Assembly (NCBI GenBank): GCA_965649055.1
Contig: CBFGJG010000004.1
Location: 1-64,000, forward strand
Reading direction: 5' to 3'
DNA from: a candidate division WOR-3 bacterium
GTDB lineage: Bacteria > Hydrothermota > UBA3072 > B12-G15
DNA length: 64,000 nucleotides
Shown here piece by piece: positions 48,451-59,037 of the stretch; position 1 is the stretch's first letter, and each line of letters opens with the position of its first letter. Under the pieces are notes generated by a model. The model had not been told where the DNA came from. It did not search any database and worked only from the letters and a program-made list of their open reading frames with translations. The position numbers were made by a program, and so were the translations under genes.

Positions 48451-49907
48451 TTTATAACCTTTATTTCCTTTAACATTAATGTTTTATCCAGCCTTGGAGT
48501 CCATTTTATTCTTTTTGAAAGAACAAAAACATCCTTTTCCCAAACTATTGGTATCTTTGGTATATCTTCAAGTATTAATCTCTGAACATATTGTAATCGT
48601 TCCAGAATGAGGTTTTCATCTGTTGTTCTTGAAAGTTCTTCCATAATACTATCAGCATATTTATTCGAATAACCAATATTATTCTGTGTCCCATATCCTT
48701 TTTCAGGTTCGTATGTGTGGAAAGAATTTGAAATAATGCTAATACCATCATATGAAGTGGGAATCCTTGCAATAATATATAAATATGATTCTCTTTTTTC
48801 GACTTTTTCCCAGTACTTATCAGATGGGAGGGGATTCTTTTTTATTTTTAAACCTATATTTTCAAGGTCTTCTATTATACCTTCTGCTATTGGTGCCCTT
48901 GCATACGAATAGTCAAATGTAAGTTCAGGAATATTGTTAATCTTAGATATAATTTTTTTTGCTTCTTCAGGGTCGAATTTAATAGGTTCAATTGAAAAAT
49001 CAAATCCGAAAACACCAGGAGTGAAAAATTGATTAGCAGGAGTTGCAAAACCATTATATACAGTGCTGCATAATCTTTCCCTGTTTATACCTATATTTAA
49101 TGCGTATCTAAAATCTTTCTTACTGAAAGGGTATTTTTTAAGGTTAAATTCAAGGAATCTTATTCCTATTCCCGGGGTTGTAACAACCTTTCCGTATTTT
49201 GAAAACTCATCAACCTGAGAAAGTGGAACATAAGATACAATATCAGCAATACCTTCTTTTAATAATCTTAACTTTTCATTGGAATCACGTATATAAAGAT
49301 ATTTTGCCCTTGAAACATCCGGTCTTTTATTCCAGTATTTATTATTCCTTATAAGTATGAGTTCTTTATCATCCATTTTTTCAAATCTGTAAGGGCCTGT
49401 TCCACAAGGGGTATTTTCCATTGGGTCATATCCTTCTGGAATTATAAATACGATGGAAATATCAAATAAAAGCGTTGAGTATGGATATTTCGTCTTTATA
49501 ACAATCTTATTTTCATTTATTTTATAAATTGTATCAACCCTATCTTTGTAAATATTAATCTCCGAGTTTGGAATTTTAAGAGGTCTTTTTAAAGAATAAA
49601 TTACATCTTCAGGTTTCAATAATTTTCCATTATGAAAATATACGTTTTTTCTCAATGTGAATACCCAGGTCAAACTATCTTTCTTCTCCCAGTATTCTGC
49701 AAGGACACCTGTTATTTTCATATTTGCGTCAAATCCAACAATTGGTTCGTATATATTCGAAAGAATTGAAATAACAGGTAGTTCACGGACTGCATGCGGT
49801 TCAAGGGTTGATGGCGGTGAATCTATAATGATAGTAATTTCATTTTTTTTATTGTTACATCCTGAAAAAATAAATATTATTAAAAGGATAAATAGATAAT
49901 ATCTCAC
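48447..49907 (-). CDS. Family 5 (peptide/nickel) solute-binding lipoprotein
   Basis: Probable GTG start at 49907 after GGAGG, lipobox FSGC, IYEP, FTLRKNVYFHNG, GTGPY. Confidence 0.88.
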   Translation of the reverse strand: MRYYLFILLIIFIFSGCNNKKNEITIIIDSPPSTLEPHAVRELPVISILSNIYEPIVGFDANMKITGVLAEYWEKKDSLTWVFTLRKNVYFHNGKLLKPEDVIYSLKRPLKIPNSEINIYKDRVDTIYKINENKIVIKTKYPYSTLLFDISIVFIIPEGYDPMENTPCGTGPYRFEKMDDKELILIRNNKYWNKRPDVSRAKYLYIRDSNEKLRLLKEGIADIVSYVPLSQVDEFSKYGKVVTTPGIGIRFLEFNLKKYPFSKKDFRYALNIGINRERLCSTVYNGFATPANQFFTPGVFGFDFSIEPIKFDPEEAKKIISKINNIPELTFDYSYARAPIAEGIIEDLENIGLKIKKNPLPSDKYWEKVEKRESYLYIIARIPTSYDGISIISNSFHTYEPEKGYGTQNNIGYSNKYADSIMEELSRTTDENLILERLQYVQRLILEDIPKIPIVWEKDVFVLSKRIKWTPRLDKTLMLKEIKVIK

Positions 49908-50007
49908 AAATTCCTCCATTAATATTTTAATAATATTTTTTCTTATGTCAATAATTTCCTTGAAAAATAAAAAATTTATCATATTATTTATAAAAAACGG
50001 AGGTTTT

Positions 50008-50235
50008 ATGAAAATTGCAATAGAGGATATTATAAAAAGAATAAACAGTAAATACAAGGCAACGGTTATTATAGCACTTGATGCAGAAAGATTGAACAAA
50101 ATCAGGAAAGAAACAAATTTTATGAGCGAGGTTGAAACACCGGAAGAGAAAACGATAATTCAGGCTATGAGAAGATTCATAGAAGGTAAGATACAATACA
50201 AATTTATTGAAGATGAACAGGATACTAAAAAATAA
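50008..50235 (+). CDS. rpoZ: RNA polymerase omega subunit
   Basis: SKY....IA..A..L and K....AM....GKI; precedes coaBC; GGAGG before ATG 50008. Confidence 0.75.
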   Translation: MKIAIEDIIKRINSKYKATVIIALDAERLNKIRKETNFMSEVETPEEKTIIQAMRRFIEGKIQYKFIEDEQDTKK

Positions 50236-51379
50236 AAAAATACTGATAGGAATTTCAGGCGGAATAGCTGCGTATAAAGTGCCTGAACTTGTAAGGAATC
50301 TTTTGTTAAACGGTGCAGAAGTAAAAGTAGTTCTTACTGAGAATGGTGCAAGGTTTGTTTCAAAATACACACTTGAAATACTTACCGGTGGAAATGTGTA
50401 CACTGATATGTTCTCCGGAGGGATTCCACACATCAAATTTGCAGAAGAATCGGACCTGATTGCGGTAATTCCAGCAACATACAATATAATAGGGAAAATA
50501 GCAGGTGGTATCGCTGACGACCTTCTTACAACGGTTATCTCAGCATCTAAAAAAAGTAAGATTTTATTCCCTTCAATGAATACAGCAATGCTTGAAAATC
50601 CAATATTTATAAAAAATATTGAATACCTTAAATCTCTGGGATACGAAATAGTCGAACCATCCGAAGGAATTCTTGCCTGTGGAGCTTCCGGGAAGGGCAG
50701 GTTACCGGATATGGAAATCATACTATTCCATATTTGCAGGGCACTTTCAGATAACAGTTTTAAAGGTAAAAGGATAATGATAACAGCAGGGGCTACTTGT
50801 GAGAAGATAGACCCTGTAAGGATAATTACAAATTCATCATCCGGGAAAATGGGACTGGAGATTGCAAAGACATTCACACTCCTTGGTGGAGATGTCCTGC
50901 TTATTATGGGAGGTCATTCTGTTCATATCCCCCCTTATATAAATGTCAAAAAATACGAAAATTCAGATGAATTATACTCACTGGTGATGAATAATATAGG
51001 AAATACGGATATACTTATAATGGCTGCAGCTGTATCTGATTTCAAACCGGAATTTCATCCACACAAGATAAAAAGGGATAAAGAGCTCATACTTAAACTT
51101 ATACCAACCGTTGATATACTTAAGGAAGTTGCAAAAATAAGGGAGAAACAGATTATAGTCGGATTCTGTTTAGAGGAAGAGGCAAATGTGGTAGAGGAAG
51201 GTTTAAGGAAGATGAAAGAAAAAAATTGTGATATAATGATAGCGAATACTACAAGTTCAATAGGAAGTGATATTGCGAAGGGGTATATTCTTTACAATAA
51301 AAATGAAGAATACTTTGAAATGACCAAGGAGGAATTGTCTTGGCACCTGACAAATATAATCAGGCAATTTTATATTTGA
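50213..51379 (+). CDS. coaBC: Bifunctional PPC decarboxylase/synthetase
   Basis: GGIAAYK, PSMN..M, LACG..G.GR, TAGAT.E.IDPVR, AAVSDF. Confidence 0.95.
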   Translation: MNRILKNKKILIGISGGIAAYKVPELVRNLLLNGAEVKVVLTENGARFVSKYTLEILTGGNVYTDMFSGGIPHIKFAEESDLIAVIPATYNIIGKIAGGIADDLLTTVISASKKSKILFPSMNTAMLENPIFIKNIEYLKSLGYEIVEPSEGILACGASGKGRLPDMEIILFHICRALSDNSFKGKRIMITAGATCEKIDPVRIITNSSSGKMGLEIAKTFTLLGGDVLLIMGGHSVHIPPYINVKKYENSDELYSLVMNNIGNTDILIMAAAVSDFKPEFHPHKIKRDKELILKLIPTVDILKEVAKIREKQIIVGFCLEEEANVVEEGLRKMKEKNCDIMIANTTSSIGSDIAKGYILYNKNEEYFEMTKEELSWHLTNIIRQFYI

Positions 51380-51981
51380 ACTATTTAAAGACAATTGGAA
51401 TGGAAGAAATTATTTTGAGAACAGATAAGATATCATTATACAAGGATTTAATTAGAAAGATAAACGAATGCAAAGATTGCGAACTTTATAAAGGAAGACT
51501 TAACGCAGTCCCCGGTTCAGGTTCAATTTTTTCAAAACTTATGGTAATTGGTGAGGCCCCAGGTGAAAAAGAAGATAATGTTGGTCTACCTTTTGTTGGT
51601 CCATCAGGACAGAAACTTACTTTATGGCTTAAAGAAATCGGGATACAAAGAGAAGATATATATATTACAAATGTTGTTAAATGCAGACCACCGCATAACA
51701 GGGAACCAACAATAGAAGAAGTTTCTAAATGTAGAAAATTCCTTGATTTTCAGGTTGAATTTATAAAACCAACTATTATTTTATTACTCGGGAATATTGC
51801 TCTTGAATATTTTACCGGTGAAAGAAAAGGAATTATGAAAAGAAGAGGAATTGTTTTTAGTTATAAAAATATTTTAGTTCTTCCCACATATCATCCTTCC
51901 TTTATACTTTCAAATCCAGATAGAGAAGAAGAAGTTAAAACAGATTTTAAAAAATTAAAGGAATTATACTATGAACATTAA
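51340..51981 (+). CDS. Uracil-DNA glycosylase family 4
   Basis: C..C.L, GEAPG, FVG.SG, NVVKCRPP.NR.P, YHPS. Confidence 0.92.
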   Translation: MAPDKYNQAILYLNYLKTIGMEEIILRTDKISLYKDLIRKINECKDCELYKGRLNAVPGSGSIFSKLMVIGEAPGEKEDNVGLPFVGPSGQKLTLWLKEIGIQREDIYITNVVKCRPPHNREPTIEEVSKCRKFLDFQVEFIKPTIILLLGNIALEYFTGERKGIMKRRGIVFSYKNILVLPTYHPSFILSNPDREEEVKTDFKKLKELYYEH

Positions 51982-53323
51982 ATCATTACCAAATGCTGTT
52001 GATATTGAAAAAATAGTTCTTGCATCTATGTTTATGGACATAGATGCAATTGGTAAAGTTGTTGAAATATTGCAACCCGAAGATTTTTATTCTGAACAGC
52101 ATAAAAAGATTTGCAAAGCAATTTATAATCTTTACGAGAGGGGAAGACCTATAGATATGGTTCTTGTTATCGAAGAATTAAAAAGTGAGGGACAGTTTGA
52201 AGCAGCAGGCGGAAGCGCCTACTTTGCTGAAATTTCAGAGGCAGCAGTTTCAAGTGCAAATATTGAATCTTATGCTGAAATTATAAGGGAAAAGGCTATA
52301 CTCAGAGAGATTATAAAATCAGGGAATCTGATGATAGAGGATGCATACAAAGAAAATTACGAGATAGAAGAACTCCTTGATAAAGCGGAATCAAGAATAT
52401 TTAACATAAGAACAAAAAGGAAAAGAGGCGAAATAAAGAAAGTGAATGAATCACTCAGTGAAATATTTAAAATAATTGAAAAAAGGAATAAGGAAAAATC
52501 TCATATAACAGGCATACCAACCGGATTTTCAAGACTTGACAACTGCACATCTGGTTTACAGAACGGTGAAATGATTATTATAGCAGGTAGACCTTCAACA
52601 GGTAAAACTGCTATTGCTTTGAATATGGCTTCAAGAATGGCCCTTGAGTCCCGTATACCTGTCCTTTTTTTCTCACTTGAAATGCACTATGAACAGCTTT
52701 TGTATAGGCTCATATCTTCTGAATCAGGTGTTCCCAGCTTAAATATAAGGACAGGATATTTTACAGAACAACAATTCAAAGATATATCTTTTGCTATTGC
52801 TAAACTAAATAAAGCACCAATATGGATTGATTCAACACCCGGGATTAATATTTTTGAGTTCAGGGCAAAGGCAAGAAGAATGAAAAAAAACGAGAATATA
52901 GGAATTATTTTTGTTGACTATCTACAATTAATATCAGGACCTAAGGCTGAAAATAGAACCCAGGAGGTTTCTGCGATATCAAGGGCTCTAAAAGGTATTG
53001 CAATGGAGCTTAATATTCCTGTTGTAGCAATATCACAACTTTCAAGAGCACCAAAGGAAAAAATTTCACGAAAAGGTGAAGAACCACCACCTGTTCTTTC
53101 AGACCTGAGAGAATCCGGTCAGATAGAACAGGACGCAGATGTTGTTGTTTTACTACACAGGGAAAGAATTGAAGGTGAAAATGTTGATCAAATTCCCGAG
53201 ATGATCAAGATAAAAGTTAATATTGCAAAGAATAGAAATGGCCCTATTGATATGTTTGAACTTGGATTTATAAAGAATATAGTTCAATTTAGAGAAATTG
53301 CAGAATTAGCAGGAGAAGAATAG
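51971..53323 (+). CDS. dnaB: Replicative DNA helicase
   Basis: AGRPSTGKT, FSLEM, VDYLQLI, SQLSR, SDLRESG.IEQDAD, KNRNGP; no intein. Confidence 0.96.
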   Translation: MNIKSLPNAVDIEKIVLASMFMDIDAIGKVVEILQPEDFYSEQHKKICKAIYNLYERGRPIDMVLVIEELKSEGQFEAAGGSAYFAEISEAAVSSANIESYAEIIREKAILREIIKSGNLMIEDAYKENYEIEELLDKAESRIFNIRTKRKRGEIKKVNESLSEIFKIIEKRNKEKSHITGIPTGFSRLDNCTSGLQNGEMIIIAGRPSTGKTAIALNMASRMALESRIPVLFFSLEMHYEQLLYRLISSESGVPSLNIRTGYFTEQQFKDISFAIAKLNKAPIWIDSTPGINIFEFRAKARRMKKNENIGIIFVDYLQLISGPKAENRTQEVSAISRALKGIAMELNIPVVAISQLSRAPKEKISRKGEEPPPVLSDLRESGQIEQDADVVVLLHRERIEGENVDQIPEMIKIKVNIAKNRNGPIDMFELGFIKNIVQFREIAELAGEE

Positions 53324-54052
53324 GTGATAAAGATAGAAAATGTTCATAAATCATTTAATGATAATTATGTTTTAAAAGGGGTAAACCTTGAGATAAAAAA
53401 CGGCGAGACTATTGTTATTATTGGTAAAAGTGGATGCGGAAAGAGTGTTCTCTTAAAACATATCATGGGTCTTATAAAACCTGACAGGGGTAAAATTATT
53501 GTCGATGATATAGATATCACATCTGGCAAGAATAACCTTTTTGAGATTAGAAAAAAGTTTGGGCTTGTTTTTCAGAGTGCTGCATTGTTTGATTCATTGA
53601 CAGTGGCAGAGAATGTTATTATAGGCCTTATTGAACAGAGAAAACTGAAAATGGAAGAAATGATGAAGATAGCAAGCGAAAAGTTAAGACTCGTTGGTTT
53701 AAATAATATTGAGTCTTTAAAGCCGGCTGAGCTATCTGGTGGTATGAAAAAAAGGGTAGGTATTGCAAGGGCACTTGCACTTGACCCTGAATATATTCTT
53801 TATGATGAACCGACAACAGGGCTTGATCCAATTATGGCTGATAAGATAAATATGCTTATAATAGATTTGAAGAAAAGACTCAATAAAACAACCATTGTGG
53901 TTACACATGATATGCATAGCGCATTTAAAATCGGTGATAGAATTGCAATGCTTAACGATGGAAAGATAATATTTGAGGGAAAACCGGAAGAACTTCTAAA
54001 GTCAAAGATTGAAGAAGTAAGAGAGTTTATACAGAGTTCATCAGTCGGTTAA
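53324..54052 (+). CDS. ABC ATP-binding protein, MlaF/Mkl-like
   Basis: GKSGCGKS, FQSAALFDSLTV, LSGGMKKRV, YDEPTTGLDP. Confidence 0.88.
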   Translation: MIKIENVHKSFNDNYVLKGVNLEIKNGETIVIIGKSGCGKSVLLKHIMGLIKPDRGKIIVDDIDITSGKNNLFEIRKKFGLVFQSAALFDSLTVAENVIIGLIEQRKLKMEEMMKIASEKLRLVGLNNIESLKPAELSGGMKKRVGIARALALDPEYILYDEPTTGLDPIMADKINMLIIDLKKRLNKTTIVVTHDMHSAFKIGDRIAMLNDGKIIFEGKPEELLKSKIEEVREFIQSSSVG

Positions 54053-55389
54053 TGAAAGAAAAAAAGACATTCATCTGTCAGAACTGTGGATATGAAAGCC
54101 CTAAATGGCTTGGAAGATGTCCTAATTGTAATGAGTGGAATACATTTGTTGAGGAAATCCAAAGAAGGAAAGAAGTAAAAAATGTTAGAAATGTTTTTCC
54201 TTTAAATTTTAAAGAAGTAGAAAGTGTATCTGTAGAAAGGATAAAAACAGGTATTGGGGAGTTCGACAGGGTTCTCGGCGGTGGAATAGTTAAAGGTTCC
54301 CTTGTTCTTATAGGTGGTGATCCTGGAATAGGAAAATCTACACTTCTTACGAGTATCAGTGGTTCGTATTCTTCTATGAATAGAAAGGTTCTTTATGTAT
54401 CAGGTGAAGAATCTATATATCAGGTTAAAATGAGGATAGAGAGGTTAAAAATTCATAATGAAAATGTTTTTTTCCTTTCGGAAACAGAGATTAACAGTAT
54501 AATAGAAGCAGTGAATAGATTTGGCCCTGAACTTTTAATAATAGATTCAATACAAACTATGTATTCGGAAGAGATTGACCTGCCGGCCGGAAGTGTTTCA
54601 CAGGTCAGGGATGTGACTTTTAAATTGATGAATCTTTCAAAGAGTTCCGGAATAACAACAATGATAATTGGTCATATAACAAAAACAGGTGTTATTGCTG
54701 GACCGAAAACACTTGAACATATGGTTGATACTGTTTTATACCTTGAGGGTGATACAAACTATTTATTCAGAATATTAAGGACCGTGAAGAATAGATTTGG
54801 TTCTACAAACGAGATAGGTGTTTTTGAACTAACAGAAGAAGGTTTAAAAGAGGTTACAAATCCATCTTCTTATCTAATTGAAAATAGAGTGAAAGATGAA
54901 CCGGGAAATACTATTGTTCCAACAGTTCAAGGGACAAGACCAATATTGATAGAGATACAATCACTTGTGATACCGGCAAGATACGGAGTTCCAATGAGGG
55001 TAGCGACTGGGATTGATTACAAAAGATTGAATATGCTTATCGCAATAATTGAAAAAAGACTTGGTTATAATATAGGCACCAACGATATATTCTGTAATAT
55101 TACCGGTGGTTTAAAGATTCTTGAACCTGCAATTGATACCGGGCTTATATTCTCTATTGTCTCAAGCTATCTTGGGAAAAAAATAGATGAAAATATATCA
55201 ATGATAGGAGAAGTTGGTCTTTCAGGAGAAGTAAGGGCTGTTCCTTTTATTGAAAAAAGAATACAGGAATGTGAAAGAATGGGTGTTAAAAATTTTATTA
55301 TGCCAAACCAGAATGTAAAGATAAGAGATGGAATAAATTTGATAAAGGTAAAGAATATAAAAGAAATTAAGGAGGAACTTAAACTTTGA
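54052..55389 (+). CDS. radA: DNA repair protein RadA/Sms
   Basis: C4 zinc finger, GDPGIGKST, KNRFG, Lon-like C-terminus. Confidence 0.96.
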   Translation: MKEKKTFICQNCGYESPKWLGRCPNCNEWNTFVEEIQRRKEVKNVRNVFPLNFKEVESVSVERIKTGIGEFDRVLGGGIVKGSLVLIGGDPGIGKSTLLTSISGSYSSMNRKVLYVSGEESIYQVKMRIERLKIHNENVFFLSETEINSIIEAVNRFGPELLIIDSIQTMYSEEIDLPAGSVSQVRDVTFKLMNLSKSSGITTMIIGHITKTGVIAGPKTLEHMVDTVLYLEGDTNYLFRILRTVKNRFGSTNEIGVFELTEEGLKEVTNPSSYLIENRVKDEPGNTIVPTVQGTRPILIEIQSLVIPARYGVPMRVATGIDYKRLNMLIAIIEKRLGYNIGTNDIFCNITGGLKILEPAIDTGLIFSIVSSYLGKKIDENISMIGEVGLSGEVRAVPFIEKRIQECERMGVKNFIMPNQNVKIRDGINLIKVKNIKEIKEELKL

Positions 55390-55871
55390 GGAAAAAATAT
55401 TACTTAATACATTTATCTGCAATTCTCGATGGAAGGATATTTATACTTATAAAAAATGGAATAATAGATGGGATTCCTTTAATTTCAGAAGAAGATGCTA
55501 AAAATCTTCCTGATGATATGAAGAAAAAAATAGAGAAAATAAAGATAATAAAAGGTAATATATTTAATGTCTCAAGAAAAATAAAATGTAAGGTTTTTAT
55601 ATGCAATGACAAAGAAACAGAATTAAAATTGAAATCAATAAGGGTTGATGTTGTAGACCTGTCAATTTTATCTGTTCTTTGCAGAAAGCCTTTAAAGTTA
55701 GGTGATGTTATAGATGTTCAAATATATAATAATAAAAATAGAATTTTTCTCGATGACGGCACAGAGGTCTTTATTGAAGAGGTTTTACCTGAAGGTAGAT
55801 TTAAATGCAGGATAACAGGGATTCTTGAGACAAATGATTCAAGAAAGATTAATTGCGAGGTAATTAGATGA
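55386..55871 (+). CDS. Degenerate PIN/TRAM (YacL-like) protein
   Basis: SAILDGRI and FLDDGTEVFIE; radA-ispF synteny. Confidence 0.6.
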   Translation: MRKKYYLIHLSAILDGRIFILIKNGIIDGIPLISEEDAKNLPDDMKKKIEKIKIIKGNIFNVSRKIKCKVFICNDKETELKLKSIRVDVVDLSILSVLCRKPLKLGDVIDVQIYNNKNRIFLDDGTEVFIEEVLPEGRFKCRITGILETNDSRKINCEVIR

Positions 55872-56338
55872 GGATAGGAATAGGATACGATATTCACAGA
55901 CTTGTCGAAGGAAGAGAATTTGTTCTTGGTGGAATTATTATACCTTCAAGAAAAGGTATGCTTGGTCATTCTGATGGTGACCCGTTAATACATTCAATCA
56001 TTGATGCAATACTTGGTGCAACTTCACTCGGTAATATTGGGATTTATTTCCCTGATACTGACCCTAAATATAAGAATATTAAAAGCACGGAGTTACTAAA
56101 AGAAACTATGAAAATTATAAAAGGATATAAAATTATAAATATTGATTCGGTTGTGATATGTGAAGAACCCAAACTAACAGATTTTGTGGAGAGGATGAAA
56201 GAGAATCTCGGAAAGATAATGGGTATTTCTAAAAATTTAATTTCTGTTAAACCTAAAAGAAAAGAAGGTCTTGATTCAACCGGAAGGAATGAATCAGTTG
56301 AAGTTATTTCTGTATGTCTTTTGGAGGAGGAAAAATGA
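55868..56338 (+). CDS. ispF: 2-C-methyl-D-erythritol 2,4-cyclodiphosphate synthase
   Basis: RIGIGYDIH, GHSDGD, IG..FPDTD. Confidence 0.94.
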   Translation: MRIGIGYDIHRLVEGREFVLGGIIIPSRKGMLGHSDGDPLIHSIIDAILGATSLGNIGIYFPDTDPKYKNIKSTELLKETMKIIKGYKIINIDSVVICEEPKLTDFVERMKENLGKIMGISKNLISVKPKRKEGLDSTGRNESVEVISVCLLEEEK

Positions 56339-59037
56339 TACTGTTATTTCTTTTGATGAATCCTTTACAGGATTTTAAAGTTGCTAAGGGATTGTTCGAT
56401 GATGGGATGTATGAACTTGCAGAAAAGGAATTAAAAAATTTTATCGTTAACTATAAAGATAGCGAATATGCAAAAGAAGCAGCATTGCTTTACTTGAAAG
56501 CACTTTACGCCCAGGAAAAGTATGAAACTATAATAGGTGAGAGTAAAAAACTAATACTTGATTATCCGGAAAATAGGGAAGAAATCCTTATAATAAAGGG
56601 AAAAAGTGAGATTAAAATCAATAGATTTAGTGATGCAGAAAGGACATTCAACCAGTTACAGGACAGAAAGAAAAAATATTCAATGATCGGTGATATGTAT
56701 TATGGAAAGGGTGATTATAAAAATGCAATCATATATTATCAGAAACTAAATGATGATTATGGTAATTTTTCTATCGGGTGGTGCTACTATAAATTAAAAA
56801 GATGGGATGATGCAATGAGATATTTCAAAATGGTGAAAGAAAAAAAATATATTGAAGAGTCCGAATATATGATTTCCAAGATTAATATTATTAAAACAGG
56901 AAAGACTGATGAGTTAATAAAATTTTTAAAGAACTATCCAAAAAGTAAATTCAGAGCTAACGCACTTCTAACACTCGGAGAATATTACGAAGATAAGAAC
57001 ATACAGGAATCACAAAACTATTATATCAAAGTTGTTAATGAAAAACTTGAATACTCAGATTATGCACTTTATAGAATAGCACTAAACTATTTTAAGAGTG
57101 AAAAATATGACTCTTCACTTTATTATTTTAATCTTGTAGAACCAACATCAAAGTATTTTGGAGATTGCCTGTATTATATTGCAAGAATAAATTCTTTAAA
57201 AGGTGAATATGATATTGCAATAAATTTATTCAAGCAGGTGGCTAATGATTATAAGGAATTAAGGGAACAGAGTATATTCAGGATTGCTGAAATATATAAA
57301 AAGAAAGGAGAAATAGATAAAGCTGTTGAAAATTTCAAGATTGTAACAGGTGAATTAAAAACAGGTGCTAATATAGAAATAGGAAACATATTCCTGTCAA
57401 AAGGCCAGTTCGACAGTGCTTTATACTATTTTTCGTTAAGTGATGATGATAAGATGGTTTTTTTAAAGAGTATAACATATTTTAAAATGGGAAATTACGA
57501 TGAGGCTATTTCAAACTGCCAAAAAATAATAAAGAGATCAAAAGACACAGAATTAGTTTTAAAGTCAAAACTCCTTCTTGGAGATACCTATCTTGAAAAG
57601 AAAAGTTATGATGAGGCAATCAATTTTTATACAGAGGTTTTAAATAATAATATGAGAATCCTTTATCCTTCAGCACTTGAAGGATTGGGATGGGCTTATT
57701 ACGGGAAGAAAGATTACAATGCTGCATTCAATTACCTTGACAGGTTATCAAAAGAATTCCCGGATTATCAGGGAAAAGGTAAAATATTTCTCACTATGGG
57801 CGATATTGCGTATTCAATGAAAGATTATGAAAGGGCTATTGAATATTACAGCAAAGTTAAAGGAGAGGAAGAACCTGAATCTTTTTATAAAAAAGGGCTT
57901 GTTCTCTTTGATAAAGGTGATTACACAGGTTCAATAAAAATATTGAATGAACTTAGGAAGAAGTTCCCATTATATGAAAAATCAGATGATGCATTATATC
58001 TTATTGCACTTGCTTCAAGGAAGGCAAACGATATTTACGCATCTATAAACAATATACGTGAATTATTAAAGATGTCTGTATCTAAAGAATTAAAGGCTAA
58101 AGCAACCCTACTTCTGGCAGACAACTTTTTTGACCAGGGAAGATTTGATTCTTCTCTATACTATTATGAAAGATATACTTATATTTTCACACAACCACAA
58201 AAAGAGATGGTTCCCGGAATAAGAGGTATAGTTTATTCTGTTTATAAATTGAGGGGAGAGAAAGAGTTTGAAAATATAATTAATGATTACATGAGAAGAT
58301 ATAAGGAAACAATAATATATCAGGATATCGCAGTTATGTTTGCAAGGCTCTATCAAAATATTGGTAATTCAAAGAAGGCAATTGAGTTACTTGAAGGCAT
58401 AAATACAATAGATTCGAAAATAGCACTTTTAGATGTATACAAGAAAACAGGAAATCAAGAGAACCTGATAAAATTATTGAATGAACTTTTGACAGATGAA
58501 AGGACTAAGGAAAAGGCATCTTTTGAACTGGCAAGTTATTATTTTAAAAGAAAAGAATTTTCAAAAGCAATTGAATATTCAAAAAATATAAATAAACCTG
58601 ATATTAACTATATCTATATTATGTCACTTATTGAGAATAAAAAGATAGAAGAAGCACTTGATGAACTTGAAAAAAGAAATACAGAGGATTATAAAGAACT
58701 CCTGAAAGGTATTATATTAATCAGAAAGGGGGACGAAACCGGTGTTCAATACCTTGATAATGCTATGAAGAATGAAAATACAGCACCAATTTCCATTTAT
58801 GAAAAAGCAGTATATCTTATTGGTAAAAATAAAGACAACGATGCAAAAGAGATACTTTTGAAAATGAGATATCTATATCCTGAAAGTGAGTATTATTCAC
58901 CATCTATGATTATACTGTCAAAGATATTGATAAAGGAAGGAAAAAAATCAGAAGCAAGGAAAATTCTTGAAGAAATTATAGCAAGAAAGGATGGATATGA
59001 AAAAGATGCAAAAGCTATTCTTGATAGTATTCGTTAG
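56335..59037 (+). CDS. Large tetratricopeptide-repeat protein, probably exported
   Basis: Tandem TPR motifs throughout; GGAGGAGG before ATG 56335; hydrophobic N-terminus. Confidence 0.85.
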   Translation: MILLFLLMNPLQDFKVAKGLFDDGMYELAEKELKNFIVNYKDSEYAKEAALLYLKALYAQEKYETIIGESKKLILDYPENREEILIIKGKSEIKINRFSDAERTFNQLQDRKKKYSMIGDMYYGKGDYKNAIIYYQKLNDDYGNFSIGWCYYKLKRWDDAMRYFKMVKEKKYIEESEYMISKINIIKTGKTDELIKFLKNYPKSKFRANALLTLGEYYEDKNIQESQNYYIKVVNEKLEYSDYALYRIALNYFKSEKYDSSLYYFNLVEPTSKYFGDCLYYIARINSLKGEYDIAINLFKQVANDYKELREQSIFRIAEIYKKKGEIDKAVENFKIVTGELKTGANIEIGNIFLSKGQFDSALYYFSLSDDDKMVFLKSITYFKMGNYDEAISNCQKIIKRSKDTELVLKSKLLLGDTYLEKKSYDEAINFYTEVLNNNMRILYPSALEGLGWAYYGKKDYNAAFNYLDRLSKEFPDYQGKGKIFLTMGDIAYSMKDYERAIEYYSKVKGEEEPESFYKKGLVLFDKGDYTGSIKILNELRKKFPLYEKSDDALYLIALASRKANDIYASINNIRELLKMSVSKELKAKATLLLADNFFDQGRFDSSLYYYERYTYIFTQPQKEMVPGIRGIVYSVYKLRGEKEFENIINDYMRRYKETIIYQDIAVMFARLYQNIGNSKKAIELLEGINTIDSKIALLDVYKKTGNQENLIKLLNELLTDERTKEKASFELASYYFKRKEFSKAIEYSKNINKPDINYIYIMSLIENKKIEEALDELEKRNTEDYKELLKGIILIRKGDETGVQYLDNAMKNENTAPISIYEKAVYLIGKNKDNDAKEILLKMRYLYPESEYYSPSMIILSKILIKEGKKSEARKILEEIIARKDGYEKDAKAILDSIR

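Noticed and set aside
49984..50877. 297-aa antisense ORF
   Set aside because: Shadow of rpoZ and coaBC, which carry clear conserved motifs
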